64,000 bases of DNA from Felis catus (taxonomy: Eukaryota). The stretch lies in the NCBI RefSeq assembly GCF_018350175.1, contig NC_058373.1:109680001-109744000 (forward strand). Direction: 5' to 3'. The notes beneath the pieces are model-generated. The model worked only from the letters and a program-made list of their open reading frames with translations. It ran no database searches and was not told the DNA's origin. The position numbers and the translations under genes are program-made. Below, in pieces: positions 41,261 through 55,204 of the stretch (its first letter is position 1; the number at the start of each line of letters is the position of its first letter).

Positions 41261-42559
41261 TCCTGTCATGATGGCCAGAATCCAGAATGGTCCCACAATC
41301 CCTGTTGTTACTTATCAGCATTCTCTTTCCACTAAATTATTTGAAACCCCATCGCTTTGTCTCCCAGCTTTCTAACTCAATCAGCATCGGGACAACAAAA
41401 ATGAACACATACTCATGCACTTTCTAGGATGGGTGAAGATGTTTCTGAAATGCTAACCTCAACAGCCAGAGGGTAAAAGCCAAAGCAGGTCTCAGCTCCT
41501 CTTCCATATTTCCACTCTAAACTTGGAAGACCGTGATTCTAGGCAAGCACGAGTCAGTCCGCACCCGCACATTTTTAGGTCCTTACCAATTGGGAAAATG
41601 CAATATAAAAATCGACAACACTTTCCAATCGAAGCATTCAAGAAGTTACTGACTCCTCACATTCTTTGGATTAGCCCTCAAATTCTGAGTCAAATAACCC
41701 TTACCCAGACTTTGCTGCTTAAATTTCTTAGCTTATTCAGTAGGCCTATTGTGAATTGTAAATATTTCCATTGCTGCTGCTTACATGGCTCATTATGTCC
41801 CAGTTATGTATTAGTCTATCATGTGCACTGTAATTTAAGAATCATAGAACTGTCTTGATTTTTAAATATTCTGTGATTCAGGGGTTTTACTAAGCTAGAC
41901 TGCCCTTCCTCCTACTCACTTCTGTCCCATCTCATTTTTCCAAATTAGAGGTTTGACTATCTGTTACGAACATATACCCGCAATGGTCAGCTCCCGTGGA
42001 CTAACAGAACTCAGATTCAAAGCCTGAGAAGCAGCTATAGGAAAGCCATCCGAGACACAAATTACACTTGAAGAATAGCACCTTTCAGAGCTGCTCAGAG
42101 GAAGTCAGAGGCCCAGTGGGGCCTCAGCAATTTGGTACACAGGTCTGAGTAAAAGAGGCTTGGGGGACTGAGGAATTTCAAGAGTACGAAGACCACAACT
42201 ACCTGAGCCTCCAGGGCTAGCCTGAGGGTTTGCTGTGTGCCACTCTCGGCAAGAAAAACATACATATGTATAGCTGTGCATTTACACAAACCATCAGCAT
42301 ATAATAGAATGATTATACTTCTAAATCTATTTTATAAAGGAAAATGATCCCAAAATCACCGAATTAAAATTGCTGAAAATTTTTAAAGAGGAGTAGGATG
42401 AACACCTCATTAAGCATCATTACACCAGTCCAGCTGAGCATCGGGCAAGGGGAAAACAGGTTGCCTCTAGCCCAAGACTGATGGAACACAGACCTCACCA
42501 GCTCTAGAGAAGAGCCACCACTAAGACTAGGTGATAAACTGCACTTTACAGTCATTCCA

Positions 42560-43210
42560 CCGAGGCTTGGGGAACATAAACTCTGCGCCAGGCCCCATTG
42601 GAGGCACTGGGGATAACACTCAAAGTCACCACCCCTCATGGAAGAGATAGAAAATAAACAAATGTCAGGTGGTGATACGTGCCATGGAGTAAAACAAGGC
42701 AAGCGAGAAATTGGTAGGAAAGAATGTTATTTTATGCAGGGATATCAACCAAGGCCTCTCTGAGAAAGTGATTTATAAAGAAAGACCCCAAGGAAGGAAA
42801 GGAGGGAGCCGCTGAACTTCTGGCTGAGAAAACAGCCAATGCAAAGCCCTGAGGCAGGAGCAGGTTTGGCGTGTCTGACTAACAGCAAGGAGGGAAGAGC
42901 AGCTGGGACAGGATGAGAGACGAGTCAGGGGAGATGAGGTCAAAGAAAGGGCCATGTCAGGTAGTCTTGCAGCCTCAGTAGGGAATTTAAATTTTATTCT
43001 GAATGAAATGGGAAGCCAATGGGAGGTTTTGAACATGCTCTGACTTCTAATTTGAAAAGTTTGCTCTGGCTGCCGTGGGGAGCACAGGGGACAAGGGTGG
43101 GAAGCAGGGAACCTGTAAGGAGGCACACACTGAGTGGTTTGGACTCAGAAGGCAGCACAAGAGAAAGTGAGTAGTTAGATGTATTTCAAAACAGAGACAA
43201 TATCCACTGA
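42560..43210 (-). mobile_element. LINE-2 remnant
   Basis: aaggcctctctgagaaagtga...gcaaagccctgaggcagga...tttattctgaatgaaatgggaagccaatgggaggttttga. Confidence 0.8.
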
Positions 43211-43239
43211 ACCAAGATCTGAAGTCCTCAGAATATCCA

Positions 43240-43760
43240 TGGCAGGTTGCAGAACCGGCCACAAATTCTTCCCCTCCTTGTATTCATGCCATGGCAGTAT
43301 AATTTTGGAGCTCCACCCACAAAGAGATGGAGTCTTTCTCCATTCTTAGAGTTTCAACCGGCTTGTAACTTGCTTTGGCCAAGGGGATAACTGCAAACAC
43401 AATGCAAGGACAGACCTGAAAAGTATTTGTGCTTGCCCTCTCTTACTGCTCTAGAGAACCCCACAACCCACCACGTAAAAAGGTGCAGGCTACCGGGCTG
43501 GATGAGGAGACTCTCACGGCCCAGACACCCCGGTAGCCACAACCAACCAACAGTCAGCCAATGATCAGATGTGTGAATGAGACCGTCAGCCGCCAGCTGA
43601 CTACAGGTGCATGAGTGAGTCCAGCAGAGACGAGGACCCTCACACAGCTGAACCCAGTCCAAACTGCCAAACCACAGGATGCGGAGCTAAATACATGGCT
43701 GTCTGTTGTTTTAAGCCACCGAGTTTTGGAGTGGTTTAAGCAGCAAAAGCCAATTCCATA
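43240..43760 (+). mobile_element. MaLR solo LTR (MLT1G/H-like)
   Basis: ggccacaaattcttcccctcc...acttgctttggccaa...gccgccagctgactacaggtgcatgagtgag...tgttgttttaagccaccgagttttggagtggtt. Confidence 0.85.
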
Positions 43761-44849
43761 TTTTTTTATCCCCCAAACGGAATGCAAGCCACTAAGCTCT
43801 CTTGGTTCTCTTACGGCAATACAAAAAAAAAAGAAAAAAATTTTTTCTCAATTCTAGAGTAAACTGATGCAGAATGGGCATGATATTGATGAGTTGATGA
43901 GTTGATTAGAAAAGGAAATAGCGCAAGTCACAAATTATTGTGTAGCTCTAGCTCATTAAAGTGTGGTGTGTGACAGCCAAGAAGCGGAGTTCTTTGCACA
44001 ATAAAATCACCAAGGTAAGTACTGTATCTCAGAAAACAGTGAAAATAAAAGACTTTACACCAACAGAATTTACCTTTTCAGTACCCCATATACCATTTCT
44101 GAAAATTAAGTACTTTACCCTCCTGCTGAACATCAAAAATAATGCTTTTTCAAGCTTATCTGAATAGATGAGCAATTAAAGCTCTTTCCTTATCGAAAAG
44201 AAACCAATTATACTAAAGAGATGACAAGCTAAATTTCTTTTCCTTGACTATCACAAATGGGTAGAACAATGATGGGTCAACAGAAGATGGAAAGATAGAA
44301 GGACAAACATACATACGTCAACTAATACTTTATTAGTTACTTTGAGCATTTATGCTATATGAAAAGAATCCTGTGTATATTTCCTCATGTTCCAACTGAT
44401 TCCATAAAGGCTTAATCTAATGATCATCAATGGTCAATGGCTCATTTTATTCCCAGCAGTTTACTTACTTCCATTAGTTTGGAAAACAGACACATGACTA
44501 CCCTTCTGTTTTTTAATTAGTTTTTTTAATGTCAAGGTAGAAAGTGAAACCTATTTTTATTGCCCAAAGATATCCACCGTTAACAGGTTCTTTGCATCTC
44601 TTTATGAGTCTTTTCAAAGTCTTATGTCTGACACGGCAACTTTTAATACCAAAACATTTATAATTCTTTCAAGCCACCCCAATAAATCGAGTAGACTCCT
44701 ACCTATATGTGTTTCTATAAGAGCTTTCCAAACTCCATAAAAATCTAACGCTGGTATTTATTATATATGCTAAATGGATTGATTTCTGAAACACCCCATC
44801 TATTAACACCAAAGAGAACTCAAGAGCAATGAATGACTCCATTCTGCCT

Positions 44850-44851
44850 GA

Positions 44852-44923
<72 letters not shown>

Positions 44924-44925
44924 AA
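44850..44925. repeat. (GAAA)19 tetranucleotide STR
   Basis: 76 nt perfect repeat counted directly. Confidence 0.95.
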
Positions 44926-46413
44926 CCTAAGTATTTAATCGGAGGAAGAGAAATTACCTTTTTTGGAACTGAAACAGAAACTGTTTGGATGGTTAAATGA
45001 AAGCGCTCGCCAGAGTTTACAGGCCTTTATTATATTTGACATGTGAAAATGAGGCTTCGAAAAGAAAGAAAATTCCTGGAGACAGATCTTGATTACCTCT
45101 GTTTCTGAAGATACACTTAACCAAAGAAAGGCCTCCCAGGGTCATGACGGTCTATTCAGAATATATACTGCATATCCTTCAAATACCAAGGACAAAGATA
45201 GATAGACAGATAGAGTCTTCTAGAATTATGCATAGCAAAATGAAGAGCCCAGAAAACGAGGTTTCTAGTAAAAGAAAATCTTCCCAAATACTGTACAAAG
45301 ATTTTCAAAAATATGAACCACTAAGTGTGTGCTTTTTGTGTTCCCTAAAAATTTGGCAAACCACATCAAATCCTTGCACCTCTTCATTATACTCACTAAT
45401 GAAGGGATAGAAACACGGATAACCTAAAATTCACTTCTTCCTGAGTATTAAGAAATGTACCAATTGTAGGGGTGAGGGGGAAGGGAAGCAGGCTTCCTGC
45501 AACAGCAAACAGAAACTTTTCCTTTTTAATTACGTTTGCTGAAGGCTAGATTTAAAATAAGCTTTTTAAATCTCCTGAATACACATCAAACAAAAAAGTA
45601 AAGACAGACTGGGTGAAAAGCCCATCTAAGAAGAACGAGAAACTACCCAGAGGACCAAAGTAGTAACTTTTTTAGCACTCATCTTTGATTAATTGTGCTG
45701 AGCCAAAACCACTTGCCTCCGAGCTGACATAAATCCCCATGAGGCAAGGGGGGCCAGAGCAAGAGAAAGGACTAGACTATCTCACTCTCTCCGGCAGCTT
45801 ACTCTTCTACTTACACATCCCCCGCGAATCCCCCCAGAGGAGATTTACACAAAGTGAATGCTGATTTTCGGATCCTGGGTGCCCGCCCAGTGAAAAGTTT
45901 TCTATGATGTACCTCGAAGAGAGAGCAGCAAAGTGCCAGGTTAGTGCCAGCTGCGATTCTTGTGAACTAGTAAGTCTCTGGTCTAAACCCGAGATGTGAC
46001 AGCAAACCCGGCTGCTCTTATTGTCAAGACTCACTAAAATCCACTTAACGTTTGTATACTAATTCTGCTCTCCAAAGCTGATCAAATAAATACTACCCGA
46101 CAAAGACCCCACTGAATCTTGAGGTCTGAATAATCACCATATTAATCCATTCACTCAGTAAACACGCATTCCATGTCTCCTTCGCTCCAGACTCTGCCAG
46201 CTCTCCATCACAGCAGAAGAGACTGAGGATAAAACCGGAAATGAAAACTTTTGCCCACAGCCTTTCAAAGCACTTGGCAACCTTTGATAATCACGGGCCT
46301 TCCAGAGGCTGTTTTCTGTCCAAAGCAACACCTTTTCAGCTAGGCAATGTAGACCATAATCATAAACCTTTGTCTTTAAAGCTATGTTCGGTTTATCACA
46401 CAAAAACTCTCTT

Positions 46414-46611
46414 TGGGGCACCTGGCTGGCTCAGTCTTTTCAGCATTCGACTCGACTTCAGCTGAGGTCATGATCCCAGGGTCGTGGGATCGAGCCCTGT
46501 GTCGGGCTCCGCGCTGAGTGTACAGCCTAAGATTCTCTCTCTTCCTCTGCCCCTCTCCCCCACTCACACTCTCTCTCTCTCTCTCTAAAATTAAAAATTA
46601 AAAAAAAAAAA
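46414..46611 (+). mobile_element. CAN-SINE
   Basis: TSD aaaactctctt on both sides. Confidence 0.9.
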
Positions 46612-47217
46612 TCTTTACAAAACTCTCTTCATTTAAAAAAAATATATTCTTTAAAAGAATATTTAAGACAACATAAATCAGAAAAGAAAGGATTGAGTTA
46701 GGAAGTGATATTATGAGTCTGCAGTGCCTCATATACATGAAGAATTCCCTTCCTACCTGAAAGGATGGTTTCAGTCAGCAGGTACCCTCTGAGCCGTAAA
46801 GATGTGAGGGGGGGGGGGGGCACAATCCTGCCCAATGGGAATACAATCATGAATGGACATGGTCTCTGACCTCAAGGACAGAAATATTATGATAACTATC
46901 AATCTGGTCTAGGCATTTCACATACATTGCCTCTCAAACTAATCCTGCAAGGCAGACGATATTATCATCACTTTACAGAGAAGCAAACTGAGGTTCTAAG
47001 AAGATCATTTCTCCAAAGTCACCCAGCTTGCAAGGAAAACTGGCTGGAATTCTAAGGCTGGCTAGCTCGCTGACAAACCTATCCTCTCTCCATAACTCTA
47101 CCTTGCTGGACAGGCAACTTCTTTGAGTCTAAATCGTCAGCCTCCCGAGCTTCCCATGCTACCTCTGTATTTCTAACCTGGCCACAGCTCTAAATGGCCC
47201 TAAGCAAACCCACCTGT

Positions 47218-47800
47218 ATGGCAGTCCCCACTTACCCAGTTTCCCCTTCCGCAGTTACCCACAGTTAACCGTGGTCCAGAAGAAGATGATCCTCCCTCTG
47301 ACGTATCATCAGGAGGTCAATGGCAACCTAACTCTACATCACAAGCCTACGTCATTCACCTCACTTGATCTAATTATGTAGGCACTTTACCATCTCACAT
47401 CATCACAAGAAGGGGGGTACGGTACAAAGATATTTTGAGAGACAGACCACAATCACATAACTTTCGTTATGGTATGTTGTCATAAATGTTATTGCTGTTA
47501 ATCTGTTACTGTATCCAATTTGTGAGTTAAACTTAACCACAGGTGTGCAGGTATACGGAAAAAAAACAGTCGGTTAAGCGTCCGACTTTGGCTCAGGTCA
47601 TGACCTCACAACTCGTGAGTTCGAGCCCCGGGTCGGGCTCTGTGCTGACAGCTCGGAGCCTGGAGCCTGGTTCGGATTCTGTGTCTCCCTCTCTCTCCGC
47701 CCTCCCCTGCTCATGCTCTCTCTCTCTCTCAAAAATAAATTAACATTTAAAAAAAATTTTTAAACATATATAGAGAGTTGATTACTATCTGTAGTTTAGA
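47218..47800. mobile_element. MER44 (Tigger7-derived) element, interrupted by a 5'-truncated + CAN-SINE (about 47568-47760)
   Basis: gatgatcctccctctgacgtatcatcaggaggtcaat...gcctacgtcattcacctcactt...catctcacatcatcacaagaag...gatattttgagaga. Confidence 0.85.
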
Positions 47801-50800
47801 GGAGCTACTACACAGAGAGAAGAAAAAAATGTCAAAAATTCATTTTAAAGAAAATGCTAAATGATGGGAAGGGGAAAAAAATAATAACCATAAGGGACTA
47901 TCTCTTGCTTCAGTACAGCTAACGTCAAACAGTATAGACACCTAAAGTGCCCTGCCTTGACTGCAGCTTTCACTGTTCAGCCTTTTGAGTATTTAAAATC
48001 TCTAGGATAAAACGTAAGAACTCAAGGTACAACAGAAACATCATCATCCACCAGCTCAAGAAGATAACTTGGAAGAGAGAATTCTGACTGACATTCCTAT
48101 TCAACTGTACTTACTGAACTCTGATCTGCCAGTTATTTCTTGGGACCTTGGTTTCCCTCATTACGTACCTACTTCAAATACGTGTACATGTTGCTTTTGT
48201 AAACATATTCACTCAGTCACTTATTTTATTTAAACTCATCATGAAAGAAAAAATGCACTAGGCTTGAATACATTTTCTTGTCTCGATGGAAACTGAAGAC
48301 AGATCGACGACACTCATTATCTTGAGGTTAAGTATGAGAAATGAGTGGTTCGGACTAACTTCCCACGAGAGACAAAAAGGAAACAAAAAACCTTTCTAGG
48401 TCCGAATAAAGATTAAATGCAGGCTTCACTGCCAATCAAAATTACAGGCACACAACAAATCCATAATTGGAGTTGATAAAAATAGCTTTAGGTAAAAAAC
48501 TCACAGATGAAGAAAAAATTTCTAACACACATGAAATTCATATTGTAAGCCACCTGCACCAAGGATACTTCTGCAGACTCCTAGAAATTCCTGCAAATTG
48601 TTTTTCTTTTTTAAAGATTTTTCAACACTGCCACTTAATCAAAGATGTAAGGTTAATGGCCACATCCTATCTGTCCAGGTAGCAACCTCTTAACTACATT
48701 TAGTGGCCACCAACAGCCCTTCCCGATGTCTCACAGTGACAACGTTCAGAGTCATCGCACACATCCAACTCCCCCATCTCCCACAGCACCACACACTCCA
48801 GCTGGGGGAGACAGGTGAACACAACACTCTAACATCTGTCATAAAGCAACACAACTCACACTTGCCTAGACTAGTCCTTGGGTTCTGAAACGTACTGACT
48901 CTGACAGCTTCCAAATGTTACTTTCACTCAGCAACGCTTTCTAAATGCTTTTTAAAGCTCATTAGCAACTGTAATAGATAGTGATATATTCTTTTACGTA
49001 AACAATTTAGTTTATGAATAGGCTTAATGGATTTTAAAACTCAAACACCCATTTTCCTAAACACGGTACACAAAAACAGATCATCTTTACAGGATCCAAG
49101 TCATAAGATACAGATTAAGTAGCATTTATACGTAACAATAACAGCAACAACAATGACAAAGGTAGTTAACATGTATATAACACTTACTCTGATCTGGGTC
49201 CCACTCTAACCGTTAGCTACGTTAAATCATGCAGTCATGAAAACCACTCTATAGAGAGGTTCTTGATCTCTCATCTGCAAATGAGTCAAGCAAAACTTCA
49301 TGACCATCTCACCAAGAAAGAAGCAAGTAACTACTCAATTATCCTTGCATTTATGGAGACAAAAGAATATTGGTCATGAACTATGATACCCTAATGTGAA
49401 GAAATTATTCTCTTAATAAACGGTACAATATTACAAACAGCCTGGCTCAAAAAAGGGGTCGGAGAATGTCTTTCTAGCCAAGAAATGTAGATGTAGTGTC
49501 CTCCCTACATAGAAGAGAAAAATAATACTCCATTAAGTAAAACTGTAAAGAAATATGATTTTACCCAGATTATGTCAATATTAAATACAGATATGCACTC
49601 GTAGGAATGCACATTGTTTGACTGACCATGAAATGATTCTGAAATCATTCTGAAATTCAGTAACCATTAAGGTACAAGGGTGGCCATTTAAGTACTGACC
49701 ATCACGAACTCCAAACTCTCTCTATAGACAGTCTTTTTATTTTGTTGGACTCTCCCACAGGTCAGCGTCTGAGATAATCCTAGATGATGCTTTCCTCCTT
49801 ATGTAAACCATCACAAATCCAGCTCTACTTCGAGCACTGGTTCCAAAAGCACACACTCCACTCAATTTTTACCTCCCACAGAATGCGGCTCAGATAAGGC
49901 TCAATAATTTAAATCACAATAGCTCAGGAAATTTTAAAATTAGCCAGTGACAAGGAGGGGGATTCAATTTTTAACTTCATTCGATTTGCCACAGTTAAAA
50001 TACTTGCAATTATTTATTTTTCCAGTGTTCACAGTAACCATAACACCACCAGTGTTCACTGTTTTGCCTAACTGTGGTTTTACTGTTGCTTGTATTCTCA
50101 GTTAATAAACATCAATTGACGCTGCCACTAATTCTAGCTCTAATCTTCTCAACTTTTATTCTCTTAGTGAATTAAATCTATTGTATTATGTCCCCCACTC
50201 TCCTAAGCAGCAGTTCATAAAACAGTGAATTAAAACCCAGGAAGACTTAAGATCGTCTACAGAGCATAGAGCTAGACCCACAGACGGACCGTACTCACTT
50301 TTAAAGGGACTTGGTATGCTTTTTACAGTTTGTACAATTTCATGTTTATAGCCTAAAAGTAAATTGGTAATATTTTCTTTTTCAAGCAAGCAATGACTAT
50401 GTTGTTTTGCCTCAATATTATATAAAATAACAATGTTACCATAACAAGACAACTTTTTAAAATTCCAACTCCAACAGTAAGACCATCTCGGTGTAATCAT
50501 AATACTGTCAGGTATCATATAGACCAAAAAAAAAAAAAAAATTACACCTAACACAAGAATATATAAACATGAAGGAAAATATTATTCCTCATGACTGAGT
50601 AGGGAATTTATGGGTGATTGATATATTCAGTGATCACATATTTACAGATATGAAAAAATGCTCTGAGGATCAAGGACAAACTTTAACCCAACCAGAATGA
50701 TTTGGTTTTGGTTCCAACAACCTAAGTAGCCCCATCAATCTCTGACCTCCAGCTACAACAGCCTTTTGAGAAGAACTGCATCAACCTTCCTCTTTCGCTC

Positions 50801-51553
50801 ACCACTGCGTTGCCAGGGCAGTGCCTGGTGCATCATACCGCTCGTAGAAATCTGATGAGTGAATGAACTGAACCACACAACCCACAGACCAATTACAAAA
50901 ACGAGAATATAAGGCCCTTGGAGGAGGCTACTTAGCCAGGTCGTATATAGACTCCTTTCAGAGCTGTGCGTTTGCTTCCCACGCACTTATTTCATGTAAG
51001 CCTCATCGTAACTCAGGGGTGTGAGTACAGAGTCTTACCACTCCTAGGCCCAATGGTGTCTAAAGTATATACCATTTCTAGAACATCCTACTAAACCAGA
51101 AAAGCCTAAATAAATTCCACCATTAGTTGAAATGCCTTTTATGATGTGACAATGTAAATCTAAATACAACAAAAACAGAGTTCTATCCAAAACCTACCTA
51201 GGTGGTAAAAAATCTAGGTGGTAAAACAGTCTCCTCAGCAGCCAAATGTTCCATCGAAGTTACTCCTACCTGAAACCTTGCAATGCTCTCCCCCCAGAGA
51301 TCCAGCCACATGCCAGACAAATTTCACAACTACCGAGTTTCAGAACTTCAACTCAACTGTTTTTGATTAAAATGTTGTCTTTACGTTTTCTTAAAGTGAA
51401 ATGAGTATTATTTCTAGATGGCTGGTTACCATCAAGAATACTAGTTACAGCAGTTGTAGACGGAGTTAAAGAAGCAAAGGTAGAAGGATGCATGAAGACA
51501 GGGCAGAACAGAGTACTAAAACCTCCTTTTAATTTTCAAAAATCCTTTGTATA

Positions 51554-51673
51554 GGGGCACCTGGCTGGCTCAGTCAGTAGAGCACGTGACTCATGATCTC
51601 AGGGTCGTGAGTTTGAGCCCCACATTGGGCAGGGAGCCTACCTTTAAAACAAAACAAAACAAAACAAAACAAA
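51554..51673 (+). mobile_element. Short CAN-SINE with (AAAAC)n tail
   Basis: TSD-like aaaatcctttgta / aaagtcctctgta. Confidence 0.9.
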
Positions 51674-53491
51674 GTCCTCTGTACACATCTTATTTTAAGT
51701 CAGTTTGACTTTTGCTCACAAATTAGGGAAAAACACCAGACCTCTGGACGCATCACTATCACTCTGAAAAATTAACTTGATGAGACAAAGTTTGAATAGG
51801 CCCTCTGGCTCTCAAAAGGAACTTCCTTTCTGCTACCAAACGTCCTTGATTTCAAAATACTCATTCATTTGAAAAGAAAAGTGTTTTCTGCTGTGATTTC
51901 CCACCTGCTAATATAAGACAGCTCCTCAGGAGCCCGAACTCACTCTGAATTCCTTACAACGTACGGCAAAGGAGTGATCTCCTTCCATTTCCAGACATCG
52001 TCTTCTGGAGGCGCTTCAGTAAAAGGCTAATCCGAAGCCTATATCTACCTTATTCAAAGATGGTACTTCTCCTGAAATGCTGCCAAGTCCCCATTTTCTC
52101 CATGTGTTTTAATGTTTGAACAATGTTCCAGGCACCAGCAACCATGAATTAATTAAATCCAAAAAATGTAACATCACCATAAGGTGAAAGTCTGTCATGA
52201 CGCCCTGCATAAATGGATGAACTTTTGCCAGATCTCCACCCTCACAAGATCTGAAACAAGATCCAGGTCCTCTGGAGTGACTCAAAGAAAGATCGATGGC
52301 AGAAAGAGAAGGGAAGGAATTATTTCTCACACAACAAACCATACATTAGGCAGCCTCCCCGCATTATCATTCTCCTCACAACCACCTTGGCAAGTGTGAG
52401 CCCCATGTTACCAAAGTAGAAATTAAAGCTCTGAGATGTTAAATAACTAACCTCAGTTCACAAAGCCGGGATTATCACCGAGACCTGAACCCACACCCTT
52501 TCCTCTACTTAAGCTACTTCCCAAAGACGTAAGTAAAGACGGATGATAAAGAAAACCGCTGCCACACGGTCACCAGTTTACCAAACCCAAACCACTCCAT
52601 GACCGGCATGACTTTTTCATGACAGCGTTCGAACCCCGCAGGATCCATAGTGGCATCTTCCCCACCCCGGCCTTTGCCATCATGAAGTGTTGGTGACCCT
52701 TCCTGTCTGCCTCTTGGCAGCACTGACGGGCCTTTCGAAGGAGCCAACTCCGAGGCCGGCTGTTCTTCCACAGTTCCGTCCATCATCACCCGCCACCCCC
52801 AGTGTTGCTGCTGGCCTGGCTGCTCGCCCCCTTCTCTTCTCCACTTCTCTCACCACTTCAGTCTCCTCACAATTTTCAAGGTTCTTTGCAAGAGGCAGTA
52901 AAATGGCTCACTGGGGAGATCATCCCAGCACAGCACGAGCAAGATGGTGGTTAGCTCCGGGGCTCACCCACGTTCGTGCCCAGAAACACTGGCTTTGGAA
53001 CCAGACAGGCCCGGCCCGGGGTCCCGACCCTGGCTCTATCTAAAGGGGGAGGCAAGTTACACAGCCCTCAATTAACAACAAACATCCATTGTTCTTGGTT
53101 TCTTGGGAAGCTTCAAGGTGACACCATATAATACATCACCTGGTACAAAACTATAGACATTGCTTCTCTTCTCCATCATTGGTTGCTCAACTATTTCTTC
53201 ACCAGCAAAGAAAATCTGAGTCTCTCCTCCTGGCTTTTTCCAGGTCCACAGCTACTCCAGAATAAATGCTTTTTGACAAGCACATTCAAGTTTACCATTG
53301 GTGGTATTCATTCACTCAGCTTAACTTTTCAAATGATACGGATCAAAAAGCTCCAAACAACCACAATGGCTGGAGTCATGTAATTAACTTCTATCTTCAA
53401 ACACCTTTAAAAATTCTGTTTGGTAGTAAAAAGAATTAAAAATTAGGAGAGACACACAGAAGAAACTTCTTGTTGAAAGATCTCCCTTCTA

Positions 53492-53720
53492 GGAGCGCCT
53501 GGGTGGCTCAGTCGGTTAAGCGTCTGACTTCAGCTGAGGTCATGATCTCACGGTCCGTGAGTTGGAACCCCGTGTCGGGCTCCGTGCTGACAGCTTGGAG
53601 CCTGGAGCCTGCTTTGGATTCTGTGTTTTCCTCTCTCTCTGCCCCCCCACCACTCATGCTCTGTCTCTCGCTTTTTCCCTCACCCTAAAATAAATAAACG
53701 TTAAAAAAAAATTTTTTTTT
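53492..53720 (+). mobile_element. CAN-SINE
   Basis: TSD atctcccttcta. Confidence 0.95.
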
Positions 53721-53803
53721 AATCTCCCTTCTACAGAAAGGGACTATATGACAAATTCTCTCTCTCTGCTCTAAGTGAGGAACCAAATGCCCATCACCCA
53801 AAG

Positions 53804-53972
53804 CAGTGGCTCCCAGCCTTGGGGGAAACTCCTTTCAGAATCTGATGAAAGATCTAAACCCTTTGCCCAGAAAAACGACAATTTGCCCAGAGACACAAAA
53901 TATAGCTTGGAATTTCAAGAGAGTCAAGGGCCCTCTGAAAGCCACCCATTAGCAGCAAGATAAGAGCCCTCG
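53804..53972. mobile_element. hAT MITE (Charlie4z-like)
   Basis: cagtggctcccagcc...tttcagaatctgatgaaagatctaaaccctttgcccagaaaaa...aatttcaagagagt. Confidence 0.65.
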
Positions 53973-54536
53973 ACAAAGAACGATCTATGATACTTCTTAA
54001 ACTGGCAAAATTCAGATTTTGTTTCTTTAAGGTGCAAGAAATTCAGAAACCTGGACAAAAACCTCAAGAATGTAAAGATTTTCTCGTTCCACCCTTCACA
54101 TCTCTCTCTGGCTTAAAACAAAATGCTGTGAGACTCTGAAGCTGAAGTGGTTATCTCTTCAAAGCAAAATCTCAAAACAAAGATGTGCTCAGAGCCAGTG
54201 CATGTGTTGGGGGTATGGGTAAGGGAAAAGGAGGTACCAAAATTAAATACTAAAACATCTATACATCTTATATTTCATTATCATGCTTTTTAAGTTTCTG
54301 TACTTGTTTATTTTCTTAATGTATGTTATATATTTGTATAAGAGCACATGTATACACGTATAAACAAATATATATGTTATTTTTACTGATATGAGTAAAC
54401 AATTACAAAAAAAGTTTGGAGATCCTGTCCCAGTAGATGACTTCCAAAATAAGTTCATCAGACAAAAATTTTACCTGGTGACTTCCTACAAATGGAATTT
54501 CCTCTAGAAATAATTATATTAGCCACTTTATGTTCG

Positions 54537-54770
54537 TTTTTTTTTTAATGTTTATTTATATTGAGAGAGAGACAGAGATGGGGGAGGGGAGACGGCGGAG
54601 AGCTCGTGCAAGCAGGAGAGGGGCAGAGAGAGAGGGAGAGAGAATTCCACGCAGGCTTTGAACTATCAGCACAAAGCCCCATGTGGGACTCAAACCCATG
54701 AATCATGAGATCATGACCTGAGCCAAAATCAAGAGTCGGACATTTAACCGACTGAGCCACCCAGGCACCC
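54537..54770 (-). mobile_element. CAN-SINE
   Basis: Reverse body ending ccacccaggcacccc. Confidence 0.95.
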
Positions 54771-54996
54771 CACCCCCCTTTATGTTATTCCTGAAATGAG
54801 AAGCCAGTTTGAAACAGATGTTAACCAAATAGTAATGCTGAGAATGTTCCATAAGAACTAGCTCTTTTTGTTTTAAAAGTCTGATTCTCACAGTTCTACA
54901 TGCTCCATATTTTTCTTCCTTAAATGGAAATAATCCATGTAAAATATTAAGAGAATAAAAATCAACTGAGAAACACTAGCAAGCATTTCTCTCTCC

Positions 54997-55204
54997 TTTT
55001 TTTTTTTTTAATGTTTATTTATTTTTGAAAGAGAGAGACAGAGGGCCAGTCGGGTAGGGAGAGAGAGAGAGAGAGAGAGAGGGAGGGAGACACAGAATCT
55101 GAAACAGGCTCCAGGCTCTGAACTGTCAGCACAGAGCCCGACGTGGGGCTCAAACTTGTGAGCTGAAGTCGGACACTTAACCAACTGAGCCACCCAGGCC
55201 CCCC
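54997..55204 (-). mobile_element. CAN-SINE with small internal deletion
   Basis: caaacttgtgagctgaagtc lacks atcatgacctgag. Confidence 0.9.

Noticed and set aside
52514..53043. GC-richer overlapping ORFs of 91 and 118 aa
   Set aside because: The sequence resembles degraded L2/MIR; no splice signals or known homology.
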